Shown here in pieces: positions 30,730 to 41,364 of a stretch of DNA of 64,000 nt (its first letter is position 1; every line of letters starts with the position of its first letter). The translations under genes and the position numbers were made by a program. Source of the DNA: Candidatus Bathyarchaeota archaeon (GTDB taxonomy: Archaea; Thermoproteota; Bathyarchaeia; Bathyarchaeales; Bathycorpusculaceae); contig CAVZJV010000014.1 of the NCBI GenBank assembly GCA_963775685.1, positions 1,632,001 through 1,696,000 on the forward strand, in the 5' to 3' direction. The notes below the pieces were generated by a model. That model searched no databases. It had not been told where the DNA came from and saw only the letters and a program-made list of their open reading frames with translations.

Positions 30730-32655
30730 TTGTCGATGAATTTAAGTGGTCTTCTTTGCAGCCAAGCTCTAAATATGTCTCCGCTTACTGTAAAAGTAAA
30801 TAAACAGGTTGACCTAACATTAAACAAACTTCGCTTGGTGAATTCAGTGAAACAAACACTTGTAACCCTCTTAATTGTGGTTTTCTCGTTACTTGTTATT
30901 TTGCCAATTGCTTTACCTTCTAGCATAGCTTCAGCCCAAACCAGCTACACCATTGACAAAGTAGACCATCAAGTACTGGTTATGTATTCTGGACACGTTC
31001 TTATTCTAGATACAATTCATGCCTCAGGCCAAGTAACAAACGGCTTCATGATAGGGTTACCCTACAAGTACAGCGCTGCCGTCCTTAAGGGAATAGCATA
31101 CGACGACACCCACGTTTACCAATTAAACTTAGGCGTACAACTAGGCGACCAAAGCGGATTTTATGGTGCAACAGTTAATTTCAACGGAAACTCACCTAGC
31201 GTTTTCACCGTTGCCTTTGTCTTATCCAACCAACTCATCACTGAACAAGACACAAGCGGCTTTACGCTTGATTTTCCAGCTTACCCAAGTTTATCACAGG
31301 ATGTTGGCACCTGCGATGTTTCAATCACTTTCCCAAGCCAACCCACATCCATAGCAGTCACCAAAGATGACGGTAACGTAGAAGGCGACACCTACACAAA
31401 AACAAACCTGCCAGCGTACACTTACGTTATAGCTTCCGCTTCTTTCCAAGTTCCGGCTGGAACCCTCAAATTAACTACAATAAGCAGCCTAAACCGCCAA
31501 ATAACCATAGATCCAACAGGCAAGGTGACGGCTGCTGACAGCTACCGAATCATCAACAACTCTTCTACGCTTATGAGTTCATTTGTCCTTGCCATACCGC
31601 TGGATGCCACAAGCATAGTTGTGAAGGACCAGTTTGGAACAGGCGTCGCAAGTCTAGCTACATCTACCTCTACAGGCGGCAATGTCCAGTTGGCTAACGC
31701 AACGCTAACCACGTTTTTATCAAGCGGGCAAACAACAGTTCTTGTAGCGCAGTACAATCTGCCCAGCGTAACCCTTCAAGGCAACAACTACGTATTATCA
31801 GATTTCAAGCTTTTCCCAGAATTCACTTACTTCGTTAACCAAGCAACCGTAAAGTTTTCACCACCTGAAGGCGCAACCATAGTCACTCCACAAGCAGTCT
31901 CTTTGGACTCATCCTCAACCCTAACAAGGGAAACCTACCAAGACACACTCACCATAACCAAAGATGGGTTAAGTTTCGCAGACTACCTTGGGCCTCAAAA
32001 AAACTCCAGCCAATTTGCTTACAGCTACAACCCCATATGGGTTTCTTTCCGACCGACATTTTGGGCTTCCCTGCTGGCTGTAGCAACATGTTTTACTGTG
32101 TTTTTCGTTAGAAGACGAAAACCTAAAGAGGAAACTTACGCAGAAAAAACCGAACGTCTATCTGCCTTTGAAACTGCTCCAACACCACCCACGCAGAAAG
32201 CAAAAGGTTCAGAGTTAAAAGCATCAAAGACAATTTCTGCAGAAACCATTCGAGAATTCATAGACGCATACGAGGACAAGAAACAGTTAAACGCCGAATT
32301 GAAATCAATGGATGCAAAAGCGCAGAAGGGAAAAATCCCAAGACGGCAATACAAAGTGCAACGAACCGCTGTAGAAATGCGTCTTAAAGGAATAAACAGA
32401 AACATAGATAGGACAAAAGCAACCTTCCGGGACACAATAGGCGGATATAGTGACTTAGTCAAGCAATTGGATTTGGCGGAGGCAGATTTAGATAAAGCAG
32501 AAGAAAACATCAAGACTTTAGAATCACGCCAGAGCAAGGGTGAAATTTCGCTTGAAACCTACAAGAGAAGCATCGGAGACTACCAGAAACAAAGAGACAA
32601 AGCCGAATCAGCAATCAACGGAATCCTGCTGAGATTACGTGAAAAAATCCGCTAA
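30730..32655 (+). CDS. Ribophorin I-like type I membrane protein (start probably downstream of 30730)
   Basis: Signal peptide, two beta-rich repeats with NxS/T sites, TM followed by RRRK, coiled-coil tail. Confidence 0.55.
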   Translation: MSMNLSGLLCSQALNMSPLTVKVNKQVDLTLNKLRLVNSVKQTLVTLLIVVFSLLVILPIALPSSIASAQTSYTIDKVDHQVLVMYSGHVLILDTIHASGQVTNGFMIGLPYKYSAAVLKGIAYDDTHVYQLNLGVQLGDQSGFYGATVNFNGNSPSVFTVAFVLSNQLITEQDTSGFTLDFPAYPSLSQDVGTCDVSITFPSQPTSIAVTKDDGNVEGDTYTKTNLPAYTYVIASASFQVPAGTLKLTTISSLNRQITIDPTGKVTAADSYRIINNSSTLMSSFVLAIPLDATSIVVKDQFGTGVASLATSTSTGGNVQLANATLTTFLSSGQTTVLVAQYNLPSVTLQGNNYVLSDFKLFPEFTYFVNQATVKFSPPEGATIVTPQAVSLDSSSTLTRETYQDTLTITKDGLSFADYLGPQKNSSQFAYSYNPIWVSFRPTFWASLLAVATCFTVFFVRRRKPKEETYAEKTERLSAFETAPTPPTQKAKGSELKASKTISAETIREFIDAYEDKKQLNAELKSMDAKAQKGKIPRRQYKVQRTAVEMRLKGINRNIDRTKATFRDTIGGYSDLVKQLDLAEADLDKAEENIKTLESRQSKGEISLETYKRSIGDYQKQRDKAESAINGILLRLREKIR

Positions 32656-32720
32656 AACACCTAAACCCTTTTATTTTACTCATCAACTTTTGGGTTAAAA
32701 TAACCCAGAGGTAGACAAAA

Positions 32721-32900
32721 ATGGTAAAAATTGTTGTCGATCCTAAATGCACTGGATGCGAAACTTGTGTCAATACTTGCCCTGTCGGCGTATACGAAAT
32801 CAAAGACGGCAAGTCAGTGCCCAGCAAATCAAGCGAATGCTTAGTCTGCAGAGCATGTGAAGCACAATGTCCTGAAGGTGCAATTCAGGTAATCGAGTAA
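32721..32900 (+). CDS. 2x[4Fe-4S] ferredoxin (59 aa)
   Basis: CTGCETCVNTCP and CLVCRACEAQCP; GAGGT RBS; not in ORF track. Confidence 0.95.
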   Translation: MVKIVVDPKCTGCETCVNTCPVGVYEIKDGKSVPSKSSECLVCRACEAQCPEGAIQVIE

Positions 32901-33033
32901 AAACCAAAAAGATCCTCAGCAAAATCTCAATTCTAAATTGAGAGAGTTTTCCCTTTCTTAGTCAAACGTTTTTTAACCAACTTTCTTTTGCTTAGAAAAG
33001 CCATAGCCCCATTTTTAATGGGAAGGTAGTAGC

Positions 33034-33144
33034 TTAATCTTCGATGTTTAGTAAAAACTCGATAACCTTGGCGAGTTGCTTTGCGGTTTCGCCGTCAAGA
33101 ATTTGTTCTTCATCTATTTTTATTGGGGCTTTTTCAGCGCGCAT
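33034..33144 (-). CDS. 36-aa acidic microprotein
   Basis: MRAEKAPIKIDEEQILDGETAKQLAKVIEFLLNIED; AAGGT RBS and TTATAA upstream. Confidence 0.45.
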   Translation of the reverse strand: MRAEKAPIKIDEEQILDGETAKQLAKVIEFLLNIED

Positions 33145-33192
33145 AGTTTTACCTTATCGAAGGCTTTTGTTATAACAATATCTCTGGCTGAT

Positions 33193-33209
33193 ACTTCGAA
33201 GTTCGAAGT
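33193..33209. promoter_or_regulatory. Palindrome ACTTCGAA-G-TTCGAAGT
   Basis: Perfect 8-bp inverted repeat in a divergent intergenic region. Confidence 0.5.
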
Positions 33210-33421
33210 GGAGCAAAATAAAAAATCGACATTTTGACATTTTCATGTAAATTACAGAGTTCATCGACAACTAAACGACGGAGAAAATACGGATGGAGCA
33301 GTTTAACCCAGTTTTTTGGTGAAAAATGGGTTCACTGTCCGATCGAATACAACGCATCACCCAAAAAACTCAAGGCTGCAATAAAATATACATATATGTC
33401 AAAACGGCGCTAAAGCTTGTT

Positions 33422-33697
33422 ATGCCAGACAAAGTACATTGTTGCCACATACTAGTCAAAACAGAAACAGAAGCCAAGAACGCCAAAGCCCGCCTAGACA
33501 AAGGCGAAAAATTCAGCGCCATAGCCCAACAAATTTCTCTCTGCCCATCCGGAAAAAAAGGCGGAGACCTCGGCAACTTCACAAGGGGCAAAATGGTTAA
33601 GGAATTTGAGAAAGCCGCCTTCGATCTTGAGAAGGGCCAAACTTCTGCTCCCGTCAAGACTAAGTTTGGGTACCACATCATAAAAAGAATAGAGTAA
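33422..33697 (+). CDS. ppiC: Parvulin-type peptidyl-prolyl isomerase
   Basis: HILV, SLCPSGKKGGDLG, KTKFGYHII. Confidence 0.95.
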   Translation: MPDKVHCCHILVKTETEAKNAKARLDKGEKFSAIAQQISLCPSGKKGGDLGNFTRGKMVKEFEKAAFDLEKGQTSAPVKTKFGYHIIKRIE

Positions 33698-33719
33698 GCT
33701 AAAGCGAATTAGGTTAGAC

Positions 33720-34523
33720 TTGGCCCTAACAGCATTTTTTAATATTCACTCAAACAATCAGCAACCGTTAGGAGCGCAATTGAACAACACGAAGCTTAAG
33801 CTAACCTCAAAAAGCAGGCCCCTATTCATAGTTTGCATAGTGTTCCTGCTGGCTCTTTTGCTTGTCACACTTTTCAGAAATAGCTTCCATTCGGTAGATG
33901 TAGAGGTTAACACTTGGATTCCATCAATCCAATCTGGTCCTTTGACTTTTTTAACTAAAGGAGTAGCCTTGATCTTTGACACAACCAGCCTTGTAATAAT
34001 GTCCTTAGTGATTTCAGGAGTTCTTTTCCTGAAAAATAACAAATCGCAAGGTCTGCTGTTGTTGGGCGCGATGGGTGGCGAGGCCCTATTTGTAACTGTT
34101 ATAAAAAATCTATACCATGTTGCTAGACCTAGCAATGCCTTCATTTCCAATTCGGGTTTTTCTTATCCAAGCGGCCACAGTGCTGGCTGCATAGTCTTTG
34201 TGGGGATACTTGCCTATTTTGCTTGGCGGCATTGGCAGAGTACACGTTCGCGGGCTCTGATTGCGGGGGGCTGGGGTGTACTGGTTGTTGTTGTCGGCTT
34301 TGACAGGTTATACTTGAATGTTCACTGGCTAAGTGACGTTTTGGGTGGATATTTAGCAGGTTTATTTTTGTTATCATTTGTTATTTTGGTATTTCAGCAG
34401 TTGAGGACTGCTAGAAAATTTGAGTCACTACAGTTTAGTTATTTTGCCAACTTGCTTTACGTGGCGGCCATTGTAGTTTCAGTTTTTGTTGTTTTGCTAG
34501 GGTTGCTTGGGGTTATTGCTTGA
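33720..34523 (+). CDS. PAP2 family phosphatase
   Basis: K......RP, PSGH, RLYLNVHWLSD. Confidence 0.9.
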   Translation: MALTAFFNIHSNNQQPLGAQLNNTKLKLTSKSRPLFIVCIVFLLALLLVTLFRNSFHSVDVEVNTWIPSIQSGPLTFLTKGVALIFDTTSLVIMSLVISGVLFLKNNKSQGLLLLGAMGGEALFVTVIKNLYHVARPSNAFISNSGFSYPSGHSAGCIVFVGILAYFAWRHWQSTRSRALIAGGWGVLVVVVGFDRLYLNVHWLSDVLGGYLAGLFLLSFVILVFQQLRTARKFESLQFSYFANLLYVAAIVVSVFVVLLGLLGVIA

Positions 34524-34535
34524 CTTTTTGATGTT

Positions 34536-34549
34536 AAAGATATATCTTT
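34536..34549. promoter_or_regulatory. Palindrome AAAGATATATCTTT upstream of copA TATA box
   Basis: Perfect 14-bp palindrome 10 nt before TTTATA. Confidence 0.4.
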
Positions 34550-34620
34550 TTCAGACACATTTATATTCGCGCAACCTCCATAAACACCCCTACAAAAAAG
34601 CGCATGCGAGGGCAAACTAA

Positions 34621-37038
34621 ATGAGCCAAGATAAAACGAAAAAAATTACACTAAACATCGGCGGCATGAGCTGCATAAACTGCGCACACACCATCGAAAA
34701 ACAACTCTCCAAACTAAACGGCGTAGCCCAAGCAACCGTAAACCTCGCTGCCGAAAAAGCAATCATAGACTACAACCCCGACCTCGTAGACCAGAAAACC
34801 ATAGAAGCCACCATCGCCCAAGCAGGCTACAAAGTAATCCATGAAAAAATCACCCTCCAAGTCGGTGGCATTAGTTGCGTTAACTGCGCCAAAACCATAG
34901 AAAAAGCCCTAAACAACCGCGAAGGCGTCTACAGCGCCAATGTTATTTTTGCTGCGGAAAAAGTCACTGTTGAATACAACCCTGAACAAATAAGCGTGGC
35001 AGGCATCAAAAAAACCATCCAAGACGTCGGCTATACCGTAATTGAACAAGAAAAAACCCTCGAAGACACCGAAGGTAAAGAACGCAAACGCCACATCAAA
35101 CGCTTAGAAATTCTCTTAGCCGTCAGTGTCGCATTAACCATTCCAATATTGAGTCTAATGTGGTTATCCCCCTTTCCTATGGAGCAAAACAACATCTTGA
35201 TGTTTCTGCTTGCAACCCCAGTGCAATTTATCGTGGGGTGGACCTTCTACATTGGCGCATACAAGGGCTTAAAAAACAAAAGTGCCAATATGGACACCTT
35301 AATCGCGATGGGCACATCCACAGCTTACATATATAGCACAGTGGCAACTTTCGCACCAAACGCCCTTCCCGGTGCATCAGTTTTCTTCGATACCGCAACA
35401 ATGATAATGTCCTTCATCTTACTTGGTAAACTATTGGATGCCATCGCTAAAGGCAGAACCTCCGAAGCAATCCGCAAAATCATGGGGCTCCAAGCAAAAA
35501 TCGCTCGCGTAATCCGAAACGGCGAAGAACTCGAAGTTCCCGTGGAAGAGGTTCAGGTTGGCGACATTGTGATTGTGCGTCCGGGAGAAAAAATCCCCGT
35601 TGACGGCATTGTAATCGATGGTTACTCGGGTGTTGACGAGAAAGTTATCACTGGCGAGAGCATACCTGTTGAAAAGAAGGCATGTGACCAAGTCGTCGGA
35701 GCAACCATGAACAAGACTGGCATGCTCAAGTTTAAAGCGACAAAAATCGGCAAGGACACAGTTTTAGCCCAAATCATTAACCTCGTAGAAGACGCTCTTA
35801 GCTCAAAGGCACCTGTTCAGAGATTGGCTGATGTTGCATCAGGTTACTTTGTTCCCATTATCATAATAACTGCTACTCTTTCGGCGTTGGCATGGTACTT
35901 TATAGTTGGCGAAAGCTTCATCTTCGCACTCACAGTTTTCATCGCCGTAATAGTAGTAGCTTGCCCCTGCGCTCTTGGACTCGCCACCCCAACCGCCATA
36001 ATGGTTGGAGTTGGGAAAGGTGCTGAAAACGGTATCCTCATCAAAAGCGGCGAAACATTAGAAGCAGCACATAAACTTCAGGCGGTAGTTTTCGACAAAA
36101 CAGGAACATTAACCAAAGGCGAACCCGAAATCACCGATATTCGCCCGACCAAAGCTTTCACTGAAGAGCAGCTGCTGATACTTGCGGCTATGGCAGAGAA
36201 AAATTCGGAACATCCACTTGGAGAAGCCATCGTGAAGAGGGCCGCTGAAAAGGGACTCAAGGTTGAGGAGCCTGAATTGTTCAATGCTCTGCCAGGTTAT
36301 GGTGTAGAAGTCGACAGTAAAGGCACCAAAATCTTGTTGGGAAACCGCAAGTTGATGGAAGCAAACAACTTGGATATCGGCGAATTGGAAGCGGAAATGA
36401 AAGGGTTGGAGGAAGAAGGAAAAACAGCCATGCTCGTAGCAGTAGATAATAAAGTTGCCGGTTTAATCGCAGTCGCAGACACCCTAAAAGAATATTCTGC
36501 AGAAGCTGTAAGCAAGCTCAAAGCGATGGGTTTAGAAGTCGTAATGATTACAGGAGACAACCAACGAACAGCACAATCCATTGCAAAGCAAATCGGCGTT
36601 ACCCAAGTATTGGCAGAGGTCCTTCCAAGCGAAAAAGCGACCGAAATTAAGCGACTGCAAACAGAAGGCAAAGTGGTCGCAATGGTTGGAGACGGCATAA
36701 ACGATGCTCCAGCTTTGGCTCAGGCAAACATCGGCATAGCGGTGGGAAGCGGAACCGATGTAGCTATGGAGACAGGAGATATCGTTTTAATCAAGAACGA
36801 TTTGCGCGATGTGGTCGTTGCAATTCAGTTGAGCCGAGCCACAATGCGTAAAATCCGCCAAAACCTATTCTGGGCGTTCTTCTACAACGTAGCGCTTATT
36901 CCGTTGGCGGCAGGCGCTTTTTACCCGATTCTGCATGTGCTCTTTAACCCAGTGTACGCAGCGGCAGCGATGGCAAGTAGTTCAGTGACCGTAGTAACCA
37001 ACGCATCACTCCTCAAAAGGTTTAAACCAAAAATCTAA
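34621..37038 (+). CDS. copA: Cu(I) P1B-type ATPase
   Basis: Two CxxC HMA domains, TGE, CPC, DKTGT, HP, GDGIND, YN/MxxSS. Confidence 0.95.
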   Translation: MSQDKTKKITLNIGGMSCINCAHTIEKQLSKLNGVAQATVNLAAEKAIIDYNPDLVDQKTIEATIAQAGYKVIHEKITLQVGGISCVNCAKTIEKALNNREGVYSANVIFAAEKVTVEYNPEQISVAGIKKTIQDVGYTVIEQEKTLEDTEGKERKRHIKRLEILLAVSVALTIPILSLMWLSPFPMEQNNILMFLLATPVQFIVGWTFYIGAYKGLKNKSANMDTLIAMGTSTAYIYSTVATFAPNALPGASVFFDTATMIMSFILLGKLLDAIAKGRTSEAIRKIMGLQAKIARVIRNGEELEVPVEEVQVGDIVIVRPGEKIPVDGIVIDGYSGVDEKVITGESIPVEKKACDQVVGATMNKTGMLKFKATKIGKDTVLAQIINLVEDALSSKAPVQRLADVASGYFVPIIIITATLSALAWYFIVGESFIFALTVFIAVIVVACPCALGLATPTAIMVGVGKGAENGILIKSGETLEAAHKLQAVVFDKTGTLTKGEPEITDIRPTKAFTEEQLLILAAMAEKNSEHPLGEAIVKRAAEKGLKVEEPELFNALPGYGVEVDSKGTKILLGNRKLMEANNLDIGELEAEMKGLEEEGKTAMLVAVDNKVAGLIAVADTLKEYSAEAVSKLKAMGLEVVMITGDNQRTAQSIAKQIGVTQVLAEVLPSEKATEIKRLQTEGKVVAMVGDGINDAPALAQANIGIAVGSGTDVAMETGDIVLIKNDLRDVVVAIQLSRATMRKIRQNLFWAFFYNVALIPLAAGAFYPILHVLFNPVYAAAAMASSSVTVVTNASLLKRFKPKI

Positions 37039-37077
37039 CTCACAAAGTCAAAACGAAACAACATCGGAGGTGAAAAA

Positions 37078-37272
37078 TTGGTGAAAGATTTAGTATGCAA
37101 CATGGATGTTGACGAGAAAACCGCGAAGTACAAAACACTCTTCCAAGGCAAATACTACTATTTCTGTGCGACAGGATGCAAAAAAGAATTTGAGGCAAAC
37201 CCCCAAAAGTACATAGGCGGCAATTCTGGACCTTCAAGTCACAGTTGCAATTGTGGTCACGACCATTGCTAA
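37078..37272 (+). CDS. YHS/TRASH metal-binding protein
   Basis: DLVCNM, YYFCATGC; His/Cys tail. Confidence 0.9.
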   Translation: MVKDLVCNMDVDEKTAKYKTLFQGKYYYFCATGCKKEFEANPQKYIGGNSGPSSHSCNCGHDHC

Positions 37273-37333
37273 ACCCGTTGAGGTTTAATCTTAACGTTCT
37301 TTTCTTTTTGTTTACTTTAGACTTTTTTTACAG

Positions 37334-38044
37334 TTAGGGCATCTTTGGTTTATCACTTAAAATTGACTGTGCAGGTTGGGTAAGTTGGAATGCACCCAAC
37401 AGAACATGTTCTGCAAACAAGTCCTCATTGAATGCCCCGACAAACTCGATGTTCTCATTAATCATTATTTTGGGAACACCGATTACATTATATTTCATGG
37501 CTAAGGCGGGGAATTCGCTGGTTTCTATTACGTCAGCCTTGACCATGTCGCTTTCGATGGCTAATTTGTGTGCTACCGCAGCGGCGGCTGGGCAGTGGGG
37601 GCAGGTTAGAGTAACAAAGACTTGAATGTGGACGGGAGATTTGACGTCTGTTAGGATTTGCTTGGTTTTGTCGGAGAGGTCAGTTTGGCCCTTCGAAACG
37701 TTTATGACCGCTTCAATTAACGTTTGCAACTCATACCCATATGGAATCCCATAGATTCTAACCCCGTAATCCTTCTTGCCAATTATAGCTAACGCAGGAA
37801 TCTTGTCAATGCCGTATTCCTTGGCTTTGGCGCCGTCAGCTATGAAATCGTAAACCTCAGTGTTTATTTTATCGTTTAAGGTAGCGAGTTCCAACGCGAG
37901 TTTTCTTGTATCCGAGCAGAATCGGCATTCAATCTCTTGAGTAAACATGACAATTTTTACATTATCAACCAGTTTTTCCTTAAAATCATTCTTCAAAAGT
38001 TCTTTTTTATCATCAGGAAGTAAACTCAAATTTTTTGCCTCCAC
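37334..38044 (-). CDS. pdo: Protein disulfide oxidoreductase (double thioredoxin fold)
   Basis: CRFC and CPHC. Confidence 0.9.
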   Translation of the reverse strand: MEAKNLSLLPDDKKELLKNDFKEKLVDNVKIVMFTQEIECRFCSDTRKLALELATLNDKINTEVYDFIADGAKAKEYGIDKIPALAIIGKKDYGVRIYGIPYGYELQTLIEAVINVSKGQTDLSDKTKQILTDVKSPVHIQVFVTLTCPHCPAAAAVAHKLAIESDMVKADVIETSEFPALAMKYNVIGVPKIMINENIEFVGAFNEDLFAEHVLLGAFQLTQPAQSILSDKPKMP

Positions 38045-38184
38045 AAGTCACTGCCACTTTGCATTTACCATTAACTCTAGGATTACCAGGCATATAACTT
38101 TAGAGTTTCCAGCAACTTTAGGAACGAAAGTCATATAGGTTTGCATTTTCTTTTTGTTAAGCGAAGTTTTGGAGAAGAATTATT

Positions 38185-39375
38185 ATGATAAAAGTTCCTT
38201 TGAAGGATGGAGTAAACTGGGTCGGCGTTGTCGACTGGAATATAAGGGACTTCCATGGTTATATCACCTCTCGCGGAAGCAGCTACAACGCCTACCTGAT
38301 ACAGGACGAAAAAACAGCATTAGTAGACACTGTCAAACACTCATTCGCTGGTGAACTCGTAGAGAACATCTCCGCTTTGACAAGCCTCGAAAAAATTGAC
38401 TATATCATCGTTAACCATGTGGAAATGGACCACTCAAGCAGCCTCCCGGTCATAGCAAAACTGGCAAAAAACGCCAAGATCGTATCTTCAGTTCGCGGCA
38501 AAGAGGAACTCATTAAGCACTATGGTCCAGAGTTTGAGCGGATTGAAACGGTAAAATCAGGAGACACTATAAAACTGGGAAAGAAAACTCTCACGTTCCT
38601 TGAAGCTCCGATGCTCCACTGGCCCGACAGCATGTTTACTTATCTGATTGAAGATAAAATCTTGATGCCCAATGACGCTTTTGGTCAGCATCTTGCAAGC
38701 TCGGGGAGATTTGACGATGAAGTGGACCAAACGGTGCTTATGGAAGAAGCTGTAACCTATTATGCGAACATCCTCATGCCATTTTCGCCACTTATCGTTA
38801 AGAAAATTCAGGAAGTCGTTGAAATGAAACTACCCATTGACATGATTGCACCAAGCCACGGCATCATCTGGCGTAAAGACCCAATGAAAATCGTCAATGC
38901 TTACGTAGATTGGTGCACATCCAAGACCGTGAAACAGAAGGCTATCATTGTTTTCGATACTATGTGGGGCAGTACCGACAAAATGGCACGCGCCATCGCT
39001 GATGGCATAATCAGCCAAGGCGTAGAAGCTAAACTGCTTAAGCTCCGAGCAACCGACAACACGGACATAGTCACTGAAATATTGGACGCGAAAGCGGTCG
39101 TTGTGGGGTCACCTACTCTAAATAATGGAATGTTTCCGTCACTTGGTACATTCCTAACTTACGTAACAGGCTTAAAACCCAAAGGCAAACTCTGGTGCTT
39201 CTTTGGCTCGTACGGTTGGGGAGGAGGAGCGGTCAAAAACATGGTTAAAACCGTTAAGGAATCAGGTTTTGAAGTGCTAGAGCCTGGCGTTGAGGCAAAA
39301 TGGGTTCCAACAATTGAAGAACTCGAAAAATGCTTTGAGTTTGGGCAACAAATCGCCCAAAAAATCAAAGCCTAA
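38185..39375 (+). CDS. fprA: Flavodiiron protein
   Basis: HVEMDH, HWPD, DAFG, flavodoxin TMWGST, GSYGW. Confidence 0.95.
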   Translation: MIKVPLKDGVNWVGVVDWNIRDFHGYITSRGSSYNAYLIQDEKTALVDTVKHSFAGELVENISALTSLEKIDYIIVNHVEMDHSSSLPVIAKLAKNAKIVSSVRGKEELIKHYGPEFERIETVKSGDTIKLGKKTLTFLEAPMLHWPDSMFTYLIEDKILMPNDAFGQHLASSGRFDDEVDQTVLMEEAVTYYANILMPFSPLIVKKIQEVVEMKLPIDMIAPSHGIIWRKDPMKIVNAYVDWCTSKTVKQKAIIVFDTMWGSTDKMARAIADGIISQGVEAKLLKLRATDNTDIVTEILDAKAVVVGSPTLNNGMFPSLGTFLTYVTGLKPKGKLWCFFGSYGWGGGAVKNMVKTVKESGFEVLEPGVEAKWVPTIEELEKCFEFGQQIAQKIKA

Positions 39376-39875
39376 TTTATTTTCATAAATTTTTCTTTTA
39401 GTGTAGCACAGATTGGGCACATGTCAGGCATGTTGCCTTCGAAGGTGTTGCCACATACAGGGCACACGTGCATGTCTACTGACAGTAGGTCTTTTTGGTT
39501 TTTGAGGGCGTCAATGGCTTTTTGGTAGAGGTTGGCATGGATTTGCTCAACCTGATTCGCATAGTTGAAGCTTAATTCAGCTTTTTTGTTTTTTTCTTTT
39601 TTGGCTTCCTCAATAAATTCAGGGTACATTTTTTTGAACTCGTAGGTTTCTCCTGACACTGCTGTGCCGAGATTATCAAGGGTTGATTTTACCTGTTCCA
39701 TCACCCTCAGATGGTTATGGGCGTGAACGGTTTCTGATTCCGCCGCTGCACGGAAAAGTTTAGCGATTTGAGGTAGGTTTTCTTCGTCCGCCTTCTTGGC
39801 AAACGCCAGGTACATACGATTGGCTTGGGATTCGCCTGCGAAGGCAGCTTTTAGGTTTTCATCAGTTTTTGCCAT
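39372..39875 (-). CDS. rbr: Rubrerythrin
   Basis: AFAGESQA, ExxH pairs, CPVC/CPIC. Confidence 0.95.
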   Translation of the reverse strand: MAKTDENLKAAFAGESQANRMYLAFAKKADEENLPQIAKLFRAAAESETVHAHNHLRVMEQVKSTLDNLGTAVSGETYEFKKMYPEFIEEAKKEKNKKAELSFNYANQVEQIHANLYQKAIDALKNQKDLLSVDMHVCPVCGNTFEGNMPDMCPICATLKEKFMKIN

Positions 39876-40000
39876 AAAATTCACTGAAAAATATTAAGGG
39901 ACAGGCAGGTAATAAGCTATACCGTGCCGCTTTGATTGCTTCATGGTAAAGTATATTAGTTATTTTTTCCTTTGGAACTATTGATTTTTGGTGAAATTTT

Positions 40001-40615
40001 ATGGAAAAAATAAAAATGTTTACTCTACCCAAACTGCCCTACGATTACAACGCACTTGCACCCTACATTTCAGAGGAACAATTAAAACTCCACCATGACA
40101 AACACCATCAAGGATACGTAAATGGCGCAAACGCCATCTTTGAAAAAATGGATAAAGCGCACCAAGAAAATCTGGCTCTCGACGTTAAGACGCTTGTAAA
40201 AGAGTTATCCTTTCACATTGGCGGTCACCTATTGCACACAACTTACTGGGAGAACATGGCGCCGGCAGGCAAAGGTGGAGGAGGACAACCTGGAGGAGCG
40301 GTCGCCGACATGATTGACATGGGCTTTGGAAGCTTTGAGCTTTTTAAAAAGCAGTTCACGATGGCTGCCACAAGCACTGAAGGTTCAGGCTGGGCAGTAT
40401 TAGCTGCCCATTCCTGCATTGGAAGACCGCTTATCATGCAGATTGAAAAACACAATGTGAACGTTTTCCCTAACTTCCAAATCTTGATGGCGGTGGATGT
40501 TTGGGAACACGCCTACTACCTTGACTACAAAAATGATCGCGCCAAGTTTGTGGATGCCTTCTGGAACCTGGTCAACTGGGATAAAGTCAACAAGAACCTT
40601 AGTCTCGTAAAGTAA
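40001..40615 (+). CDS. sod: Fe/Mn superoxide dismutase
   Basis: HHDKHH, DVWEHAYY. Confidence 0.97.
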   Translation: MEKIKMFTLPKLPYDYNALAPYISEEQLKLHHDKHHQGYVNGANAIFEKMDKAHQENLALDVKTLVKELSFHIGGHLLHTTYWENMAPAGKGGGGQPGGAVADMIDMGFGSFELFKKQFTMAATSTEGSGWAVLAAHSCIGRPLIMQIEKHNVNVFPNFQILMAVDVWEHAYYLDYKNDRAKFVDAFWNLVNWDKVNKNLSLVK

Positions 40616-40636
40616 GCTTTTGCTTACCCTTTTTCA

Positions 40637-41290
40637 TTATTTAGATCTCTCGCTTTTAATTTTTTTAAGAAACTCATCAGGTTCCGTGGTCAGTCCTTTC
40701 TTAAGGTAGATAGATATCGCTGAAATTCTCTTAGCTGGGTCATTTCTCATGTTGATAGAGTGGAGGTAAATCAGCTTAACGCCAACTGGGTCCCTTGATA
40801 TTTGACCTTCCGTCAGTTTTAGAGCAAGAGACACAGCCTCGTTTATTGATCCGCCTGCCGCAATCAGCTTTATCTCATCAAACCTTGCCAGCGCCATGAG
40901 GCTTCTGATTACAAGCTTTTCCATAGGAATTTCATGACCAACACTTATAGTTCGATCACCGAGGCAATCCATGACCTTCTCTTCTTCTGCAACTAATTTT
41001 TCGTAATCCGCTGATTCTTTTTGGGCAAGGTGCGCAAAAATCGCAGCCATCTCCCCCCGAGGGATATCTTCAAGGTAGCCGAAGCCTATTTGGTTTATGT
41101 AGATTTTAGCAATTTCACAAGACAAATTTAAAGCAGAACATACAAGAAACATCGCTTCGCCAACGCCTACAACGATAACTGCACCTGCATCCATAATTTC
41201 AGAAATTATCCGCTCAGCAACGTCGCTTATCTTCAGTGAAACATCAGATGGTCCAACAACTATAACTTTACTGCTTAACGGCCCACTCAT
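40637..41290 (-). CDS. Tandem Alba-like domain protein
   Basis: C-half IKLIAAGGSINEAV...RISAISIYL resembles Alba; N-half is a degenerate repeat. Confidence 0.6.
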   Translation of the reverse strand: MSGPLSSKVIVVGPSDVSLKISDVAERIISEIMDAGAVIVVGVGEAMFLVCSALNLSCEIAKIYINQIGFGYLEDIPRGEMAAIFAHLAQKESADYEKLVAEEEKVMDCLGDRTISVGHEIPMEKLVIRSLMALARFDEIKLIAAGGSINEAVSLALKLTEGQISRDPVGVKLIYLHSINMRNDPAKRISAISIYLKKGLTTEPDEFLKKIKSERSK

Positions 41291-41364
41291 GACAATGCAC
41301 TAAGCAGATAATGAGGCGCTTTCCGAATATAATACTTTTATCTAAAACAAAAAAAGCGATTGCC

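Noticed and set aside
32615-32827. 70-aa minus-strand ORF
   Set aside because: Antisense to the real 59-aa ferredoxin at 32721-32900
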